A program made the translations under genes and the position numbers. From the NCBI RefSeq assembly GCF_020745735.1, contig NC_083427.1, positions 1,519,438 to 1,583,437 on the forward strand: a stretch of DNA of 64,000 nucleotides, written 5' to 3'. This DNA comes from Hemiscyllium ocellatum. Taxonomy: Eukaryota. Shown piece by piece: positions 1 to 12,975 of this stretch (within the stretch, counting starts at the first letter, position 1; every line of letters starts with the position of its first letter). The notes under the pieces were generated by a model that was given only the letters and a program-made list of their open reading frames with translations, searched no databases and was not told the DNA's origin.

Positions 1-239
1 TCACCACGCCTTAGTTAAAAATAACTACTAAATAATTATAATGTATGCCGTGATCATTTCAGCTGGATTCCAGATAATGTGAAAGCGATTGTTCTTCATA
101 CTAATATTGCAATTGATCAAGGATCTCGATCAAAATGGCAGTCACTGAGAATCAGGTGAAAAATCGATGCTTTGCGCCATTCCCAGCAAGTGGAAAATGT
201 TTGTAGTTTTGGAGATCAGTAATCTCAGCGCCAGGACAT

Positions 240-650
240 CTCTGCTGAAGTTCTTCAGGATAATCGTGGCTGAACTATCTTCATCCGTTTCATTGATGAC
301 TCCTCCATTCCATAAGATCAGGAGCAGGGATGTTCACTAATGATTGTACAACGTTCAGCACTATTCATAACTCTTGAAATACTGAAGCAGTCCATGTTTA
401 AATGTACCACGATCTGGATCCAGAGCACGATTTGGGCTGACAATTGTCAGCGAAAGTTCCTGCCACTCTAATATCAGGCATTGATTATCACCAATAAAAT
501 TACCAGAGACATTCCGTGATATTAACTTTCCAGGGTCACCCAATATCGACAACCTTATTGTCACCATTGACCAGAACCTGAACTGCTCTCGTAATATAAG
601 TACAGTGACAACAAGAACTCGTCAGCGGCCAGAAGTTTGATTCACTAACT
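240..650 (+). mobile_element. Degenerate non-LTR retrotransposon reverse-transcriptase fragment
   Basis: Decayed RT motifs (FIND-LPS, MF-xDDCT, QxDLD-x-IxxWAD-x-WQ) with stops and frameshifts; boundaries approximate. Confidence 0.55.
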
Positions 651-689
651 ATAGAATGGTGCTTTGCCTCCTTGGAAGAGAATGATATT

Positions 690-1030
690 ATGATGTGGGT
701 GCGGAATTCCTTCTTGGGAAGATGGCACTCTCAGATGTCACTGTCTGTATTGGTGCTAACAACATAGGCATGAAGAAGACTGAAGTCCTGAAGACAGATT
801 TCAGCGAGTTAAAAATGAAATTGAAAGACAGATTCTCAAAGGCAGTAATCTTAGGATTTCTGTCTGCCACGTATCAATGTGTAAAAGAACAGAAGGAGTG
901 ATTGGTTCAAAACGTTTTGAAGAGCAGGTGTAGGAAAAGGCGCTTTGGATTTCTGAGGAATTAGAATGGATTCTGCAGCAGGTTGAGTCAATGTTATCTG
1001 AACCAACTACATCTTCACTAGTCAGTCTTC
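690..1030 (+). mobile_element. CR1-type LINE ORF1 (SGNH esterase-like) fragment
   Basis: ORF 695-901 reads VCIGANNIG...EVLKTDFSELKMKLKDRFSKAVILGFL, resembling the HIGTNDIG...KLKxRTSxVVISGLL esterase block of CR1 ORF1. Confidence 0.55.
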
Positions 1031-1032
1031 TC

Positions 1033-1235
1033 AGATGCTGGAGATCAGGTTCGAGAAGTATGGTGCTGGAAATGCACAGCCAGTCCAGCAGCATCAGAAA
1101 AGCAAAAGAGTGGATTTTTCGAACATGAGAACTTAATCAAATGTAGAGCTCGTGCTCAAAACGTCGACCCTCCTGTTCCTCGGATTCTGCCTGACTGGCT
1201 GCACTTTTACCGCACTACACTTTCTGACGATTTCA
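1033..1235. repeat. Penelope-derived imperfect inverted-repeat element, hammerhead core decayed
   Basis: gctggaaatgcacagccagtccagcagcatc followed by its approximate reverse complement (ggattctgcctgactggctgcacttttacc); same family as 54383-54499 and 56330-56520. Confidence 0.5.
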
Positions 1236-1526
1236 GTTTCTGATTAATTGTAACTCACAGGGTGTTGGCGGATTGGTAACTCACTGACTGAAAAAAAACC
1301 CATTGTGAATGAAGTGGTAATAGCTAGATGTCTTGTTGTGTCGATGATCATTGGATGGATCTCAGAGCATTTGAAATCCACCAGAAGTACCAGCAAATTC
1401 GGTGAAAATATCATGTGATTATTGATTCCACGTTGAATGAGGCAGAGGTGCAATTTAGACACGAATACGATTATACAAGTATTTGATGTATATGTATGTA
1501 CATTTCTCTCTGCGTGTGTGTATATC

Positions 1527-2850
1527 GAGTCATAGAGTCATAGAGATGTACAGCATGGAAACAGACCCTTCGGTCCAACCCGTCCACGCCGATCAGACAT
1601 CCCAACCCAATCTAGTCCCACCTGCCAGCACCCGGCCCATATCCCTCCAAACCCTTCCTATTCATATACCCATCCAAATGCCTCTAAAATGTTGCAATTG
1701 TACCAGCCTCCAGCACTTCCTCTGGAAGCTCATTCCATACACGTACCACCCTCTGCGTGAAAAACTTGCCCTTTAGTCCTCTTTTATATATTTCCCCTCT
1801 CACCCTAAACCTATGCCCTCTCGTTCTGGACTCCGCGGCACCAGGGAAAAGATCTTGTCTATTTATCCTTTCCATGCCCCTCATAATTTTGTAAACCTCT
1901 ACAAGGTCACCTCTCAGCCTCCGACGCTCCAGGGAAAACAGCTCCAGCCTGTTCAGCCTCTCCCTATAGCTCAGATCCTCCAACCCTGGCAACATCCTTG
2001 TAAATCTTTTCTGAGCCTTTTCAAGTTTCACAACATCTTTCCGATAGGAAGGAGACCAGAATTGCACGCAATATTCCAACAGTGGCCTTACCAATGTCCT
2101 GTACAGAAGCAACATGACCTCCCAACTCCTGTAGTCAATACACTGACCAATAAATGAAAGCATACCGAACTCCTTCTTCACTATCCTATCTACCTTTGAC
2201 TCCATTTTCAAGGAGCTATGAACCTGCACTCCAAGGTCTCTTTGTTCAGCAACACTCCCTCGGACTTTGCCATTAAGTGTATAAGTCCTGCTAAGATTTG
2301 TTTTCCCAAAATGCAGAACGTCGCATTTATCTGAATTAAACGTCTTCTTCCACTTCTCAGCCCATTGGCCCATCTGCTCCAGATCCTGTTGTAATCTGAG
2401 GTAACCAACTTCGCAGTTCATTACACATCCAATTTTAGTGTCATCTGCAAACTTACTAACTGTACCTCTTATGCTCACATCCAAATCATTTATTTAAATG
2501 ACAAAAAGTAGAGGGCCCAGCACCGATCCTTGCGGCACTCCACTGGTCACAGGCCTCCAGTCTGAAAAACAACTCTCCACCACCACCCTCTGTCTTCTAC
2601 CTTTGAGCCAGTTCTGTCTCCAAATGGCTAGTTCTCCCTGTATTCCATGAGATCTAACCTTGCTAATCAGTCTCCCACGGAGAACCTTGTCAAACGCCTT
2701 ACTGAAGTCCATATATATCACACCTACTGCTCAGCCCTCATCAATCTTCTTTGTTACTTCTTCAAAATACTCAATCAAGTTTGTGAGACATGATTTCCCA
2801 CACACAAAACCATGTTAACTATCCCTAATCAGTCCTTCCCTTTCCAAATG
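1527..2850 (-). mobile_element. 5'-truncated CR1-type LINE (RT C-terminal half, 3' UTR and tail)
   Basis: Minus ORFs 2494-2721 (DFSKAFDKV...[14 protein letters not shown]) and 1684-2484 (SKFADDTKIG...LYRTLVRPLLEYCVQFWSP...RRRLRGDL); tail gagtcatagagtcatagag at 1527. Confidence 0.9.
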
Positions 2851-4559
2851 CAAGTACTTCCTGTCCCTCACGATTCTCCTCACTTCTGACTCCTCCAGTT
2901 TGGTCGGTACCTTAGATCCATTGACTTACGCTGAAATAGAGACATCGAGGCCTACCAGACAGTAAAAGTCCAGTCCCTCCATTTTGGGCAGAAGTGTGGT
3001 TTATCCATCGTTGCTCTCCCTCAACGGCTATAACATATTTTCAGCAATAAGGATTTAAATATTCACACAATGCTCCAGGTGAAGTCTAACAAAGCTGCTT
3101 TACAAATGAGGCAACACTTCGCTACTCCTGCATTCAAATCCTCTTGTGACGAAAATTAAAATTCTATAAACCTTTCTAATTGCTTGCTGCAAGCGGATAT
3201 TAGCCTTCAGTGCATAATTGGGATGGGCACCCAAAGCCTTTTGTTCCTCTTCTTTTACAACCTTTCATAGTTTGACAAATATTAAGCACATCTTAAGAGT
3301 GGGTAATCTCTCATTTTCCCAGGATATTTTCAATCTGCTCTTCCCTGATCATTGTTTTAACATGAATTACCATAAGCTCGTGGGCGATTTTACTTCGTGC
3401 CTCCAGGAACCAGATCAAATGTTTTGTGCGCGTGATTAATATTCTTTTGACCTTTTCTGAATATTTTAACTTTTACGTCTGTGAAATACTTGGTTTCATT
3501 TTCTTTGAGCGGTCAGAAAAAAAAAATCCCCTGACATCGTCAATTTGATACATAACATTCCAGGAAAAGAAAACTTCCTTCATGTTACAGAGAGGTGTTG
3601 GTCTGATCCGCCATTTCAGACCATCTGGAGATGTCAGCCGTGATATCGATACTTTGTACCCTTCGTTATTTCCTGTATGCTGTTTATCTCAGTCCACACA
3701 TTCCAATTTTACATTGTTGAGAACAATCTTGACCAGAGACATTTATTTTAATCAAGAGTCTGGAACCTGCTTTACGCTGAAAGGGGCTTCGCTCCTATTT
3801 TTAAATTTTTTTTACTTTGCGGATTTTAAAGAAATAATATTCAATATGTATAGACGCCTCAAAAGTTCAATTGCCTGATGCAGATGAGTACTTCCATTAG
3901 TGCAATTGAATTGTCATTCTTTGTTCAATAGTGAGGAACAGTTGTTAATCTGTCAATAAAATTTGTATCTCTAAAATCAGGCAACTATTGAGTACCTGTA
4001 TTTTATCATAGATACCTGGTTGTTGCAAAACATCGTCAAGCTTCGAGACTGCAAAATACTGATCAATTTCTGCACGATGAGCTCGGATCAGCCATCTGTG
4101 AGTTTTCAATAAATTGTAGCGTGTATTTGCATAATTCAAGTTATTGTGCTGATTAATATTACATATTTAAATTCAATGTTCTGCTGTGCCATTTATTTGC
4201 AATACTTTTAGGAATTTGTCAAGATTAATATTCATTGCCATAATTCTACTAAAGATGATGCTTGTACACTTACACAATTACTGAATGATGTTGATTTTGT
4301 TTGAACTCCGAAACACATCACTGATTTTTTTTTTGTTTGGACCATCTGTTTTACAGGATGGTATGGCAGAACTGAGATGCCTATCAAGCAGATTTCTAAT
4401 GCATTTCCTAATTTACTCGATGCAACGATTAATTGCTTTGAGAGCAAATTCTGGCTGAGACACTGAGCTGCAATCTGAATCAGTGGAGTCCTGTGTAACT
4501 TGATTTCTCAGCTCTATCTGCAACAAATAACTGTCAACCAGATTGCAATTGACTTAAAG

Positions 4560-4850
4560 TGAACTCAGTTGCGAGGGACACAAGACACAACAACTTCGTG
4601 GCGTCAAGAAATATTTGAAAGTACTGGACACAGCAAAGGCTATTTTTCCTGCCAAAGTCCATGCAGTAGTTACAAACTTAAATGCTCCATACCATTCCAG
4701 TACAAGCGCTTCCAGCACAACTACATTGCTTTCAACGTCCAGCATCATTGAACCCTGCCCAGGAATAAAGGGCAATAGCAAAAACAGAAAATAGCCCAGC
4801 AGTTGACTGCTGTTAGTCATTATAAACAAAAGGAGGGCAATCACAGTGAT
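4560..4850 (+). mobile_element. Degenerate non-LTR RT N-terminal fragment
   Basis: aagtactggacacagcaaaggct encodes LDTAKA, resembling the L-x-x-x-KA-x-GPD motif upstream of LINE RT; heavily decayed. Confidence 0.4.
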
Positions 4851-7189
4851 ACGGGGAATTCAGTGAGTGTAATGGTATCAAGTGGTGATGGCAAGATCCT
4901 TTCTTGTTGTAGATGGCTGACCATGTGAGGTGCTAATATTTGTCATTTCTCAGTCTAACCCTGGGGATTTTCCAGGTCTTCCTGCATTTGGCCACGCATG
5001 CCTTTCGTTTCTGAGGAGTTGTGAATTGTATTGAATATTGTGTCTTCCTCAGAAAACATCACACTTCTGATCTGAAGATGATAAATGAGGTAGCTGAAGA
5101 TGGTTGAATATATGACATCACTTTGAGTATTTCCAACAGAGATGTTCTGGAGCTGAAATATCTGACATTCAATATCCACAGCGATCCCTCCTTTGCAATA
5201 GATATGAGTGGAACCAGTGGAGAGTTTTGATTCTGATCGATTTCATTTTGGCTCGGGTTTCTTCACTCTACACGCGTTCAGCTGTGGCATTGATGTGAAG
5301 AATTCACTCATCTGCTTCACCTCTGGAATGCGGCTCATTTGTCCATATTTGAAACAAGACTGCACTAACGTCAGTATCTAGGCAACCTTGGCAAAGTCAT
5401 ACTGACTGCAAAGTCATTGGTTCTTATTAACTCTGCTGAAGAGCCGTACCATCACATTTCCAATTTTACTGATTGGGTAATATTTGTTCAGAATGGATAA
5501 GGAAATAACGAGGCAATGTTCATCATTGCTATTTAGATGGCATTATTGTAGCTTTACCAGAACAACGTGGGTCGTGGGACAACAGGTTTTGCAAAATAAA
5601 CATTGAGTACTTTTGGAGGAACGTTGTAATTCCTCATTGAATTATCTGGAGCCTACAAATGATAGTATGATCAAGAATGAATCCAAACTGATGACTGGCA
5701 GGTTCGATTTCTGGGGCCTCTGCCAGAACAGAAATTGAAGAAGATTACTGACCATCTTCTGAAGTGCAAGGAGGAATGAACAATAAGTGCTAGCCTAACC
5801 ATGTTATACATATCCCATGAATTAATGAATTATGAAATAGCAGTACTCCAATTTTCAATGCACAAATTTACTTTGGCAGAAATAGACAGGGTGTGCTTGG
5901 GATGACAATAAACTACAAGTTTCCTTCCAAGCTTGGACTAATATTGTGTTCTCTCACGAATTTTAATAAGCTGCATTGGAACTTTCTGACAGAAATGTGG
6001 GAGCTTCTCCTGATAGTATGAAGTGATTCAAGAAGATGTCAGTCCATTATCTTATCAGGAGTAATGTGGAACTGTAGCCAAAACAGGACGGACCGTTCTC
6101 ACTCTTTTATAAATGTAGAGTTACATTATCAATGAAAATAAAACGCTTATTACTCGATCTAAAACAAGTTACGTAGGCCATGTGCAGCTCGTGGTAGCTG
6201 AGGTTCATTCTTCCCATTAGGTATTGATTTGTGGCAAATTCTCAGTTGTTATAAATTCAAAATATTGTTCTGGACGGAATCTGATGTGAGGAACATTAAT
6301 TATTGATTTTACGGGAGCGGGAAGGTGAAGGCAATAAGAGACAAGAAACGAGCTAGTTCCTTCTTTTAGTTCCCTTATGATACAGAAATATTGGGCCATT
6401 TGTGGCATCGGGGCGAACCCGACTGTATGTTGCGGTGAACACTGCATTTATTGATTGGCTGAACTGCAGTTATTATTTTTGTTTAGAAAAGTTAAACATT
6501 TGAAACTGTGATGATGTATTTCGTAAACTGCAGTTTTTCGGTTTGTTTAATTGTGGTCTTATATAAAATATATCAAGTCGTTTGCATGAAGTAATAAGGG
6601 TCGTTAAATCTACAACAGAGCTCCCATTTATATAAGTGTTCCCCGTCTCATGCCGACGACAGAGCTTCACAAACAATGAGTATTCTTGGAGGCAAAACAG
6701 TGAAACATACATAGTAGATACATTGTTTTAGTCTCGACAACTAATTCTAAATATTATTTCCTGATACATTTGTTGATGCATTCCATGTCTAATATTCTTC
6801 CAGCACCACCCAGAATTCATATTGCATTCAACATTGCTCACACTCTAGCAGTATTAGGAATTCTAAGCGTTACTATACAACCATCAAAACAACCTGGTGT
6901 GGATTCTGGTGTGGAGCTCAATTGATGTGCATTCTGGCAAAAATGTGACAATTCTGCATCAACATGTTTTGTGGACTAATATAACTTTAGGGTTATGTGT
7001 GTGCTTTATGACAGTATGAATAAGTTCTAGTAGAAGATAGAGGAAATTTAGAGAGCGTTGAGAACTCCAAACTGACTGCATTCACAATACTGTAAAAGAG
7101 TCTGCAAAGTGTGTCAATATTAATCCGTAAAACCTTTAGACGTGTGGTATTAATCAGTTCATTTAGAATACTCGATCTGCTCCATCATT

Positions 7190-8450
7190 CGGGCATTGCT
7201 GACATGCCTCTCAACCCCATTCTTCTGCCTTCTCTCCATAACCCTTGATTCCCTTCCTCATCAAGAAATTAAATCTGTATAAAATACACTCAATGATCTA
7301 GACTCCACAAACCTCTGTGACATGGAGTTATCCACTTCTGTTGAATAAATTCCTCTCCATCTCAATTTTGAAGGATCGTCCCTTCACTCTGAGGATATGC
7401 CCTCGGGTTGAAATCTGTTGTGCGAGGAAAATTATCTTCTGCTTATCCGCTGTATACAGGTTTATCAGTATTCAGTCAGATTCAATGACACTCCACTCTT
7501 ATTCTTCTGAACTGCATTGCGCTCAAAGGCAGAATCTGCAACTGATCTTCATAAGATAAGCCTGGTATCCAGTGGATCATTTTTGTCAAGCCTCTGTGGA
7601 CTCCCTCCAATGCCACACGTCCTTCGTGAGTCAGGAGTCCAAAACTGCTCACAATATTCCACATGTGCTTCTAATCGACCCTTATACAGTTGGACTTCCA
7701 ACTCCTGTCATGCTTCAAGTTTCAGAAGTCCTTCCCCATTTAGGAAATATTTCTCATATTTATCCTTCCAACCAAAATTCGCAACCTTATATTTCCCCAC
7801 ATGATGTTCCATCTACCACTTCTTTGCTAATCCCCCCGACAGTCGAAGTCCTTCAGCACAATCCGTTTCCTCAGCATTATTTGTCCCTCAAACTATCATC
7901 GTATAATCTGTGACGTTGACAACAATGCCCCCAGTTTCTTCGTTTAGATCATTTATGAATAAAGTGAATAGTTGTGGTCCCAACGCTGACCTTGCAGAAA
8001 TCTAGTTGTCACTGCCTTCCATCCTGAAAATGACCTCTTTATCTCCACATTTTATCTTCTGCCAGTCAGCCAATTCTCCAGTTATACCAGTGAGTGCTGC
8101 CAAACACTATGGTTCTTATTTTATTTAGGAGGCCCCTGTGCTTGTCAAAATCAAATACATTGTGTTTACTGGGCCTCCTTTGTCTTACTTGATGGTTGCC
8201 TCCTCAAATAATTCTTTCAGATTTGTGAGGCATGGCTTCCCATTGACGAAGCTGAAACAACCCTATTTTACCAACACACGCAAGTATTCTGCAATCTCAC
8301 GGAGAATAATGGACACGAAAATCTTACCAACGACCCAGGTTAGTCTAACCAGCCTAAATATCACAGCTTTTGAGTTAATTAAATCGTTGCAAGAGACTGG
8401 ACATTAATAGATTATCATTTATCCCTTTCTTAGATAAGCTTTCTTAGAGA
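7190..8450 (-). mobile_element. Decayed CR1/L2-type LINE fragments
   Basis: Minus-strand remnants such as ALEGVHRGLTKMIHWIPGLSYEDQL (7482-7664) and RT-like blocks near 7900-8350. Confidence 0.65.
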
Positions 8451-8489
8451 AGCAATGTAAAAGGACAAAGCCATTATGGTTTTAATTAG

Positions 8490-9005
8490 AACAAAGAATA
8501 TAGAAAAGTTACAGTCCAGGAACAGGTCCTTCAGTTCTCCAATCCTGAGGTGATCCAAATCTATTGTCTAAACCTGTCGGCAAATTCCAAAGCATCTGTA
8601 TCCCCCTGTTCCCCACCTACTCACGCATCTATCCAGACACATCTTATATGAATCTACTATGCCTGCCTCTATCACCTCTGTTGGTAACGTGATCCAGATA
8701 CCCACCACCCTCTGTATAAAGTACTTGCCACGTGAATCCCCCTTAAACATTTCACCTCTCAACTTGAAAGCATGACCTCCCGTTATTGAATCCTTCACCC
8801 TGGGAGAAAGCTTGCCTTTATCTACCCTGTCTATACCCTTCGTGACTTTGTAAACCTCATTCAGGTTCCCCCTCAATCTTCTTTTTTCTAATGAAAACAA
8901 TCTTAACATTCTCAACCTCTCTTCATAGCGAGAACCATACCAGGCAACATCCTCGTAAGCCTTCTCTGCACCCTCTCTAAAGTATCCTATACCCTGGAAC
9001 ATCTA
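8490..9005 (-). mobile_element. CR1-type LINE 3' end
   Basis: Minus ORF 8568-9002: YEERLRMLRLFSLEKRRLRGNLNEVYK...FIQRVVGIW; 3' UTR follows toward 8490. Confidence 0.85.
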
Positions 9006-9009
9006 GTTG

Positions 9010-9480
9010 CCAATCTTGACCTTCTTTCAACCAAGTCTCTATGATTGCAATACGTCATACTCACAGGCACCAATCCAAGTCCTAACTTTATTTACCTTAC
9101 ACACTATAACCCTTGCATTAATGTAGATACACTTCAGGTCACCAGTTCTTTTGAATTCATCTGCTATCTGCTTCCTCTTCCACTTACTAATGCTATATTT
9201 ATGATTCTTACATCTCTAGTATACACATAACTGTCTATTTGTCTTCTCTTCTGGTTTCCACCACCCCTGGCACTTTCGTTTAAAACCTCCCCCAACAGTA
9301 GCAGCAAAAACTCCCCCAAGGACATTGGTTCCAGTCTGTTTCAGATGTAGACCGTCCATTTTGTAATAGTCCCACCATCCGCAGAACCGGTCCCAATGTC
9401 CCAACAAATCTGAACCCCCTCCCTCCTACACCAACCCTCAAACCACGTGTTCATCCTGCCTATTTTTCATTTCTAACGCT
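9010..9480 (-). mobile_element. CR1-type LINE ORF1 esterase C-terminal fragment
   Basis: Minus ORF 9216-9407: GHWDRF...YKMDGLHLKQTGTNVL, the DGLHL block of SGNH-hydrolase ORF1. Confidence 0.7.
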
Positions 9481-11900
9481 GGCTATCAAGTGACACGTGC
9501 CTTGTGTAGTTTCAGAATATTCTGCTGAATCATTGGAAACAACGGATCAGACTAAATTCGACAGAAGGCTGATTTTCAGACCTGGTTTATTAAGAAGCTA
9601 TTATTGAGGAAAATTCAGCAAATAATAAGTGAATACCATAAAATGAATCATTGCGATCCAAGATAAAAGTTAAGACACACTTATCAGTAGTCATACTGAT
9701 CATTATCATGATTTTAATAAAGTGCAACATTCTCACATGCAGAAAGATCTGGCTGTCAGAATGCATAAACCACAGACTGAGAGCCAGTTACGGACATTAA
9801 TCAAGAAAGTTAAATGAAATCTATGTGTTTTTGTGACAGCAGTGCACTGCAACAGTATAACAGCTTCTGTTGTACAGGGCATTGCTCAGATAAAAATCAG
9901 ATTTACATTGGACAGTGTTGGTCACTGTGCTTATGGAAATGTTCATGAGAAAGAAGAGAAAACAGGGGAGAGAGGCGAGGTCTGTACATTCTGGAGTTAA
10001 GCAGAGACAGAAGTCACTTAATTGAAGCATATGGAGTCCTGAGGAAACTAGTCGGGGTCGATGATGACAGATTGTTTCCTTTTTTGGGGAAAAGAGAAAA
10101 AAAAAATCATAGTTTTAACACAAGGACTCGACCATTTCAGACAGACATGAAAGGGAAATAATTGCTTATATATTTGTGAATCTTTGTAATGCTCTTCCAC
10201 AAAGACAGAGAAATCAGAACGGTATTAAATATTTACAAGGGAAGGTAAATAAATTTTTGATTTCAAGGTGATGAAACATTGTTCAGAATGAAGGAATGTG
10301 GAGTTGAGGTTAATTTCAAATCAGCCATCATCTTCTTGTTGGCACGGGGGGTGGGGGGCATTCTTGTTGCCTCTTCTGAAGATATAAACGGATAATAATC
10401 AGGAAGAAATTAGATATTACTCAGTTTCAGCCAAGCAGCCTCAAGAACTCCGATTCCCTCCACTCCACCTCCACATGGCACACAGCATGCGATGATGCTG
10501 AATGTTCTTGCATTAAAAACGGGCAAAGAGAATTCACTGAAAATGCTCAACAACGTTAGCAGTATCTGAGAAGAGCAGAACAAAGTTAAGACTTCACGCC
10601 ATGTGTTTTAATCAGAGCCCATCTGATGAAATATCATGATATGAAACTCCAACCCTGGTAAAAGTTTTCACAGCATCATAACGCTGTCTGCGAGGGTTGT
10701 GCCTGCTTCCCCCGGCAAAGATTTTACATTTAAACGTATATGCACTGCTCCTGTTTTCAGCTTATGCAATCTCTCGAAGTTGTCTTTCTCGATGCAAACA
10801 TTTTCTGCCTGTTCATAATTCAAACGCACATTATGTGGACCAACAATTGCAGTGCTTTGAACAAAGAAAGCTCATTTTCCATGTAATCATCATATTAATC
10901 TTTCCACGTCAGTCAACATTCTGTACAATCGTTGGTGCAAGCTTTGAAATCACAGCACACAAACTCTTTGGTGGAGTCAAACGCTGATCTGTGATATAGT
11001 GTTGGAATTTATCATTTCCACCATTTTGAATTGATTTACCAAGCATGAACTGGAATTTCATTTGACTCTTTGTGCAATCCTACCAAGCTCTAACGTTATG
11101 CTCAAAAAGAAGCCTTCCTCAACGAAACAAAACACTTTTAACAATTCAACGCGTATAGAATCCTCTTTTGATTAACAAATGCCAAAAAAATTACACTTTC
11201 TCTTGAGTTCTGACTGCTGCTTTTAAACTAAATCACACCAATCTATCAATATCGCTTTGATCTTCTGAATATTTGCAGTTGAATAGAACATTCAAGTTTC
11301 AGCAGCAATATCTCGATGATTATACCCAAATGGATGATGTCAACGTGACGAGAAGGTTCTATCTATTTTTAAACAGGCTGAATTTCGTCTCTTTTTTCGT
11401 GTTTTCTCTGTTCTGAATTCTTGAATTGACTTCAAAGACCAGTTTCAAGTTTTGAATTCTGCAAAATCTGTACTTACTTGCATAGCTACTAACAGTCAAA
11501 GACTTTCAAATATTGACACACATTTCATGCGGAATGTTCAAGGAACGAGAGACATCAATTAAATCTGGTGTTTCTAATTTTATGGTTCTAGCGAGCATTG
11601 CATGCATACATAACACTGCGTGGCCACTCGGTTGTCAGAGGTCACCATATGTGGGTTTTAGTCTTAATTATTTAAGTGTCCCCTTTGTTCATGAATTCGC
11701 TGCCTGAACTTGACAAATCTTCACGGATATGAAATTAAAATATCACCAAGTTTAACACAAGGAAATAAGCACATGCTGTTAATCTCTCTATTCTCAATTG
11801 ATGCAGATTTCCATGATGTGCTGTTGGTTCGTCTGCACAATGCTCAGCCCATCACAGTTCGTGAGTTAGAATCAATGTGATTGGTTTCTCGCTCCGCATG

Positions 11901-11933
11901 ATGCAAATGTACAGAGCTTCCCGTGGTTTATAA
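11901..11933 (+). promoter_or_regulatory. Candidate IgNAR V promoter: octamer and TATA-like box
   Basis: Exact ATGCAAAT at 11901-11908 and TTTATAA at 11927-11933, upstream of the leader ATG at 12024; ATTGG (inverted CCAAT) at 11880-11884. Confidence 0.7.
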
Positions 11934-12023
11934 GGTCGGTGTTCCGACACACACTGTTACACAGAACAGGTTTTAATTCCAGCATTGACTGCGTATGAAG
12001 TTCTGTTTGCTGGTGCAGAAACA

Positions 12024-12066
12024 ATGAATATTTTCTTGTTTTCGTGCCTTTTAGCCTGGTTACCAA
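12024..12066 (+). CDS. IgNAR: IgNAR leader exon
   Basis: ATG 12024, MNIFLFSCLLAWLP plus one base, donor GTAAGT at 12067; splices to 12193 to give ...[14 protein letters not shown]. Confidence 0.95.
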
Positions 12067-12192
12067 GTAAGTACCGTTTCTCATCGATGTTACGCATATA
12101 AGGACCATGTTCATATTATTGAAATTTCCTTGTCTGAAACTGTCCCGATAAGAAACAAATGTCATGTATTAAATATATTTTTCTCCGCACAG

Positions 12193-12467
12193 ATGTCTTT
12201 ACTGCACGGGTTGAACAAACACCGAGAACGATAACAAAGGCGACAGGCGAATCACTGACCATCAATTGCGTCCTAAAAGATACCAGCTGTGCGTTGGTTA
12301 GCACGTACTGGTATTTCACAAAAAAGGGCACAACAACGAAGAATAGCTTATCAATTAGTGGACGATACTCGGAAACAGTGAACACGGGATCAAAGTCCTT
12401 TTCTTTGCGAATTCGAGACCTAAGAGTTGAAGACAGTGGTACATATTACTGTAAAGCGTATCGTTAT
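12193..12467 (+). CDS. IgNAR: VNAR gene segment, type II (non-canonical Cys in CDR1)
   Basis: Acceptor ttctccgcacAG at 12192; [91 protein letters not shown]; canonical Cys/Trp/Cys, short FR2-CDR2 region, CDR1 Cys, no FR2 Cys. Confidence 0.97.
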
Positions 12468-12505
12468 CACAGTAATAAACCTGATCTTCCACCAATACAA
12501 AAACA
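12468..12505 (+). other. V 3' recombination signal sequence (23-class, 22-bp spacer)
   Basis: CACAGTA 12468-12474, spacer 12475-12496, ACAAAAACA 12497-12505. Confidence 0.93.
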
Positions 12506-12705
12506 CCTTCAGATCTTCCTTGAAGCAAATTTGCCTTGTTTTAGCTTGTCAACGCTCAACATGCACTTTGAGGCCACTGCTCATGATACAGAACAGCAGG
12601 AGGCAAGTTCTAAAAGATAGTTAACAAAATTCAGCAGGGAAATTCAGAGAAGGAGCACTTGGATATTCAGTGCAGTTGTTGAACTTATAGTAATGTGCGA
12701 GCATT

Positions 12706-12786
12706 TATTTTTGCACTGGGATGTATCACTGTGACAGCTGGGCTGACCACAGCAATCGAGATCTCGATATCTGCAATACAGAAACT
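12706..12786 (+). other. D1 segment with 12-bp 5' RSS and 23-bp 3' RSS
   Basis: TATTTTTGC 12706-12714, 12 bp, CACTGTG 12727-12733; coding ACAGCTGGGCTGAC 12734-12747; CACAGCA 12748-12754, 23 bp, ACAGAAACT 12778-12786. Confidence 0.92.
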
Positions 12787-12975
12787 ACCAGCACACATTT
12801 TTACCAGAAACGCCAACACTTTGATTTATTGGTTATCAGGATGGCCAGCTATTCCAGAGTTTGGATGGATATCAAATTTGGTATTCTGAAATAAACGTGA
12901 GAAGGTGCGAATTGGTAGGAATCCAGATTGCAGTTTGTGCATCGACTTGGTGTTTTTGCATGAATGACAATGGGA

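Noticed and set aside
4842-4848. Isolated consensus heptamers (CACAGTG at 4842, ~38479, ~53363; CACTGTG at 9923)
   Set aside because: No nonamer at 12 or 22/23 bp; expected by chance.
10623-10647. Hammerhead-like CTGATGA-A-ATATC-AT-GATAT-GAAAC
   Set aside because: No GUH triplet after GAAAC and a weak helix II; treated as a decayed Penelope-type remnant. The motifs near 48630-48665, 53044-53068 and 56400-56425 also have broken cores.
12159-12620. 153-aa ORF spanning V as a stand-alone protein
   Set aside because: It starts in the leader intron and reads through the RSS; the real unit is the spliced leader plus V (12193-12467).
12951-12959. Extra nonamer-like TGTTTTTGC upstream of the second D
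   Set aside because: No heptamer at 12 or 22/23 bp from it.
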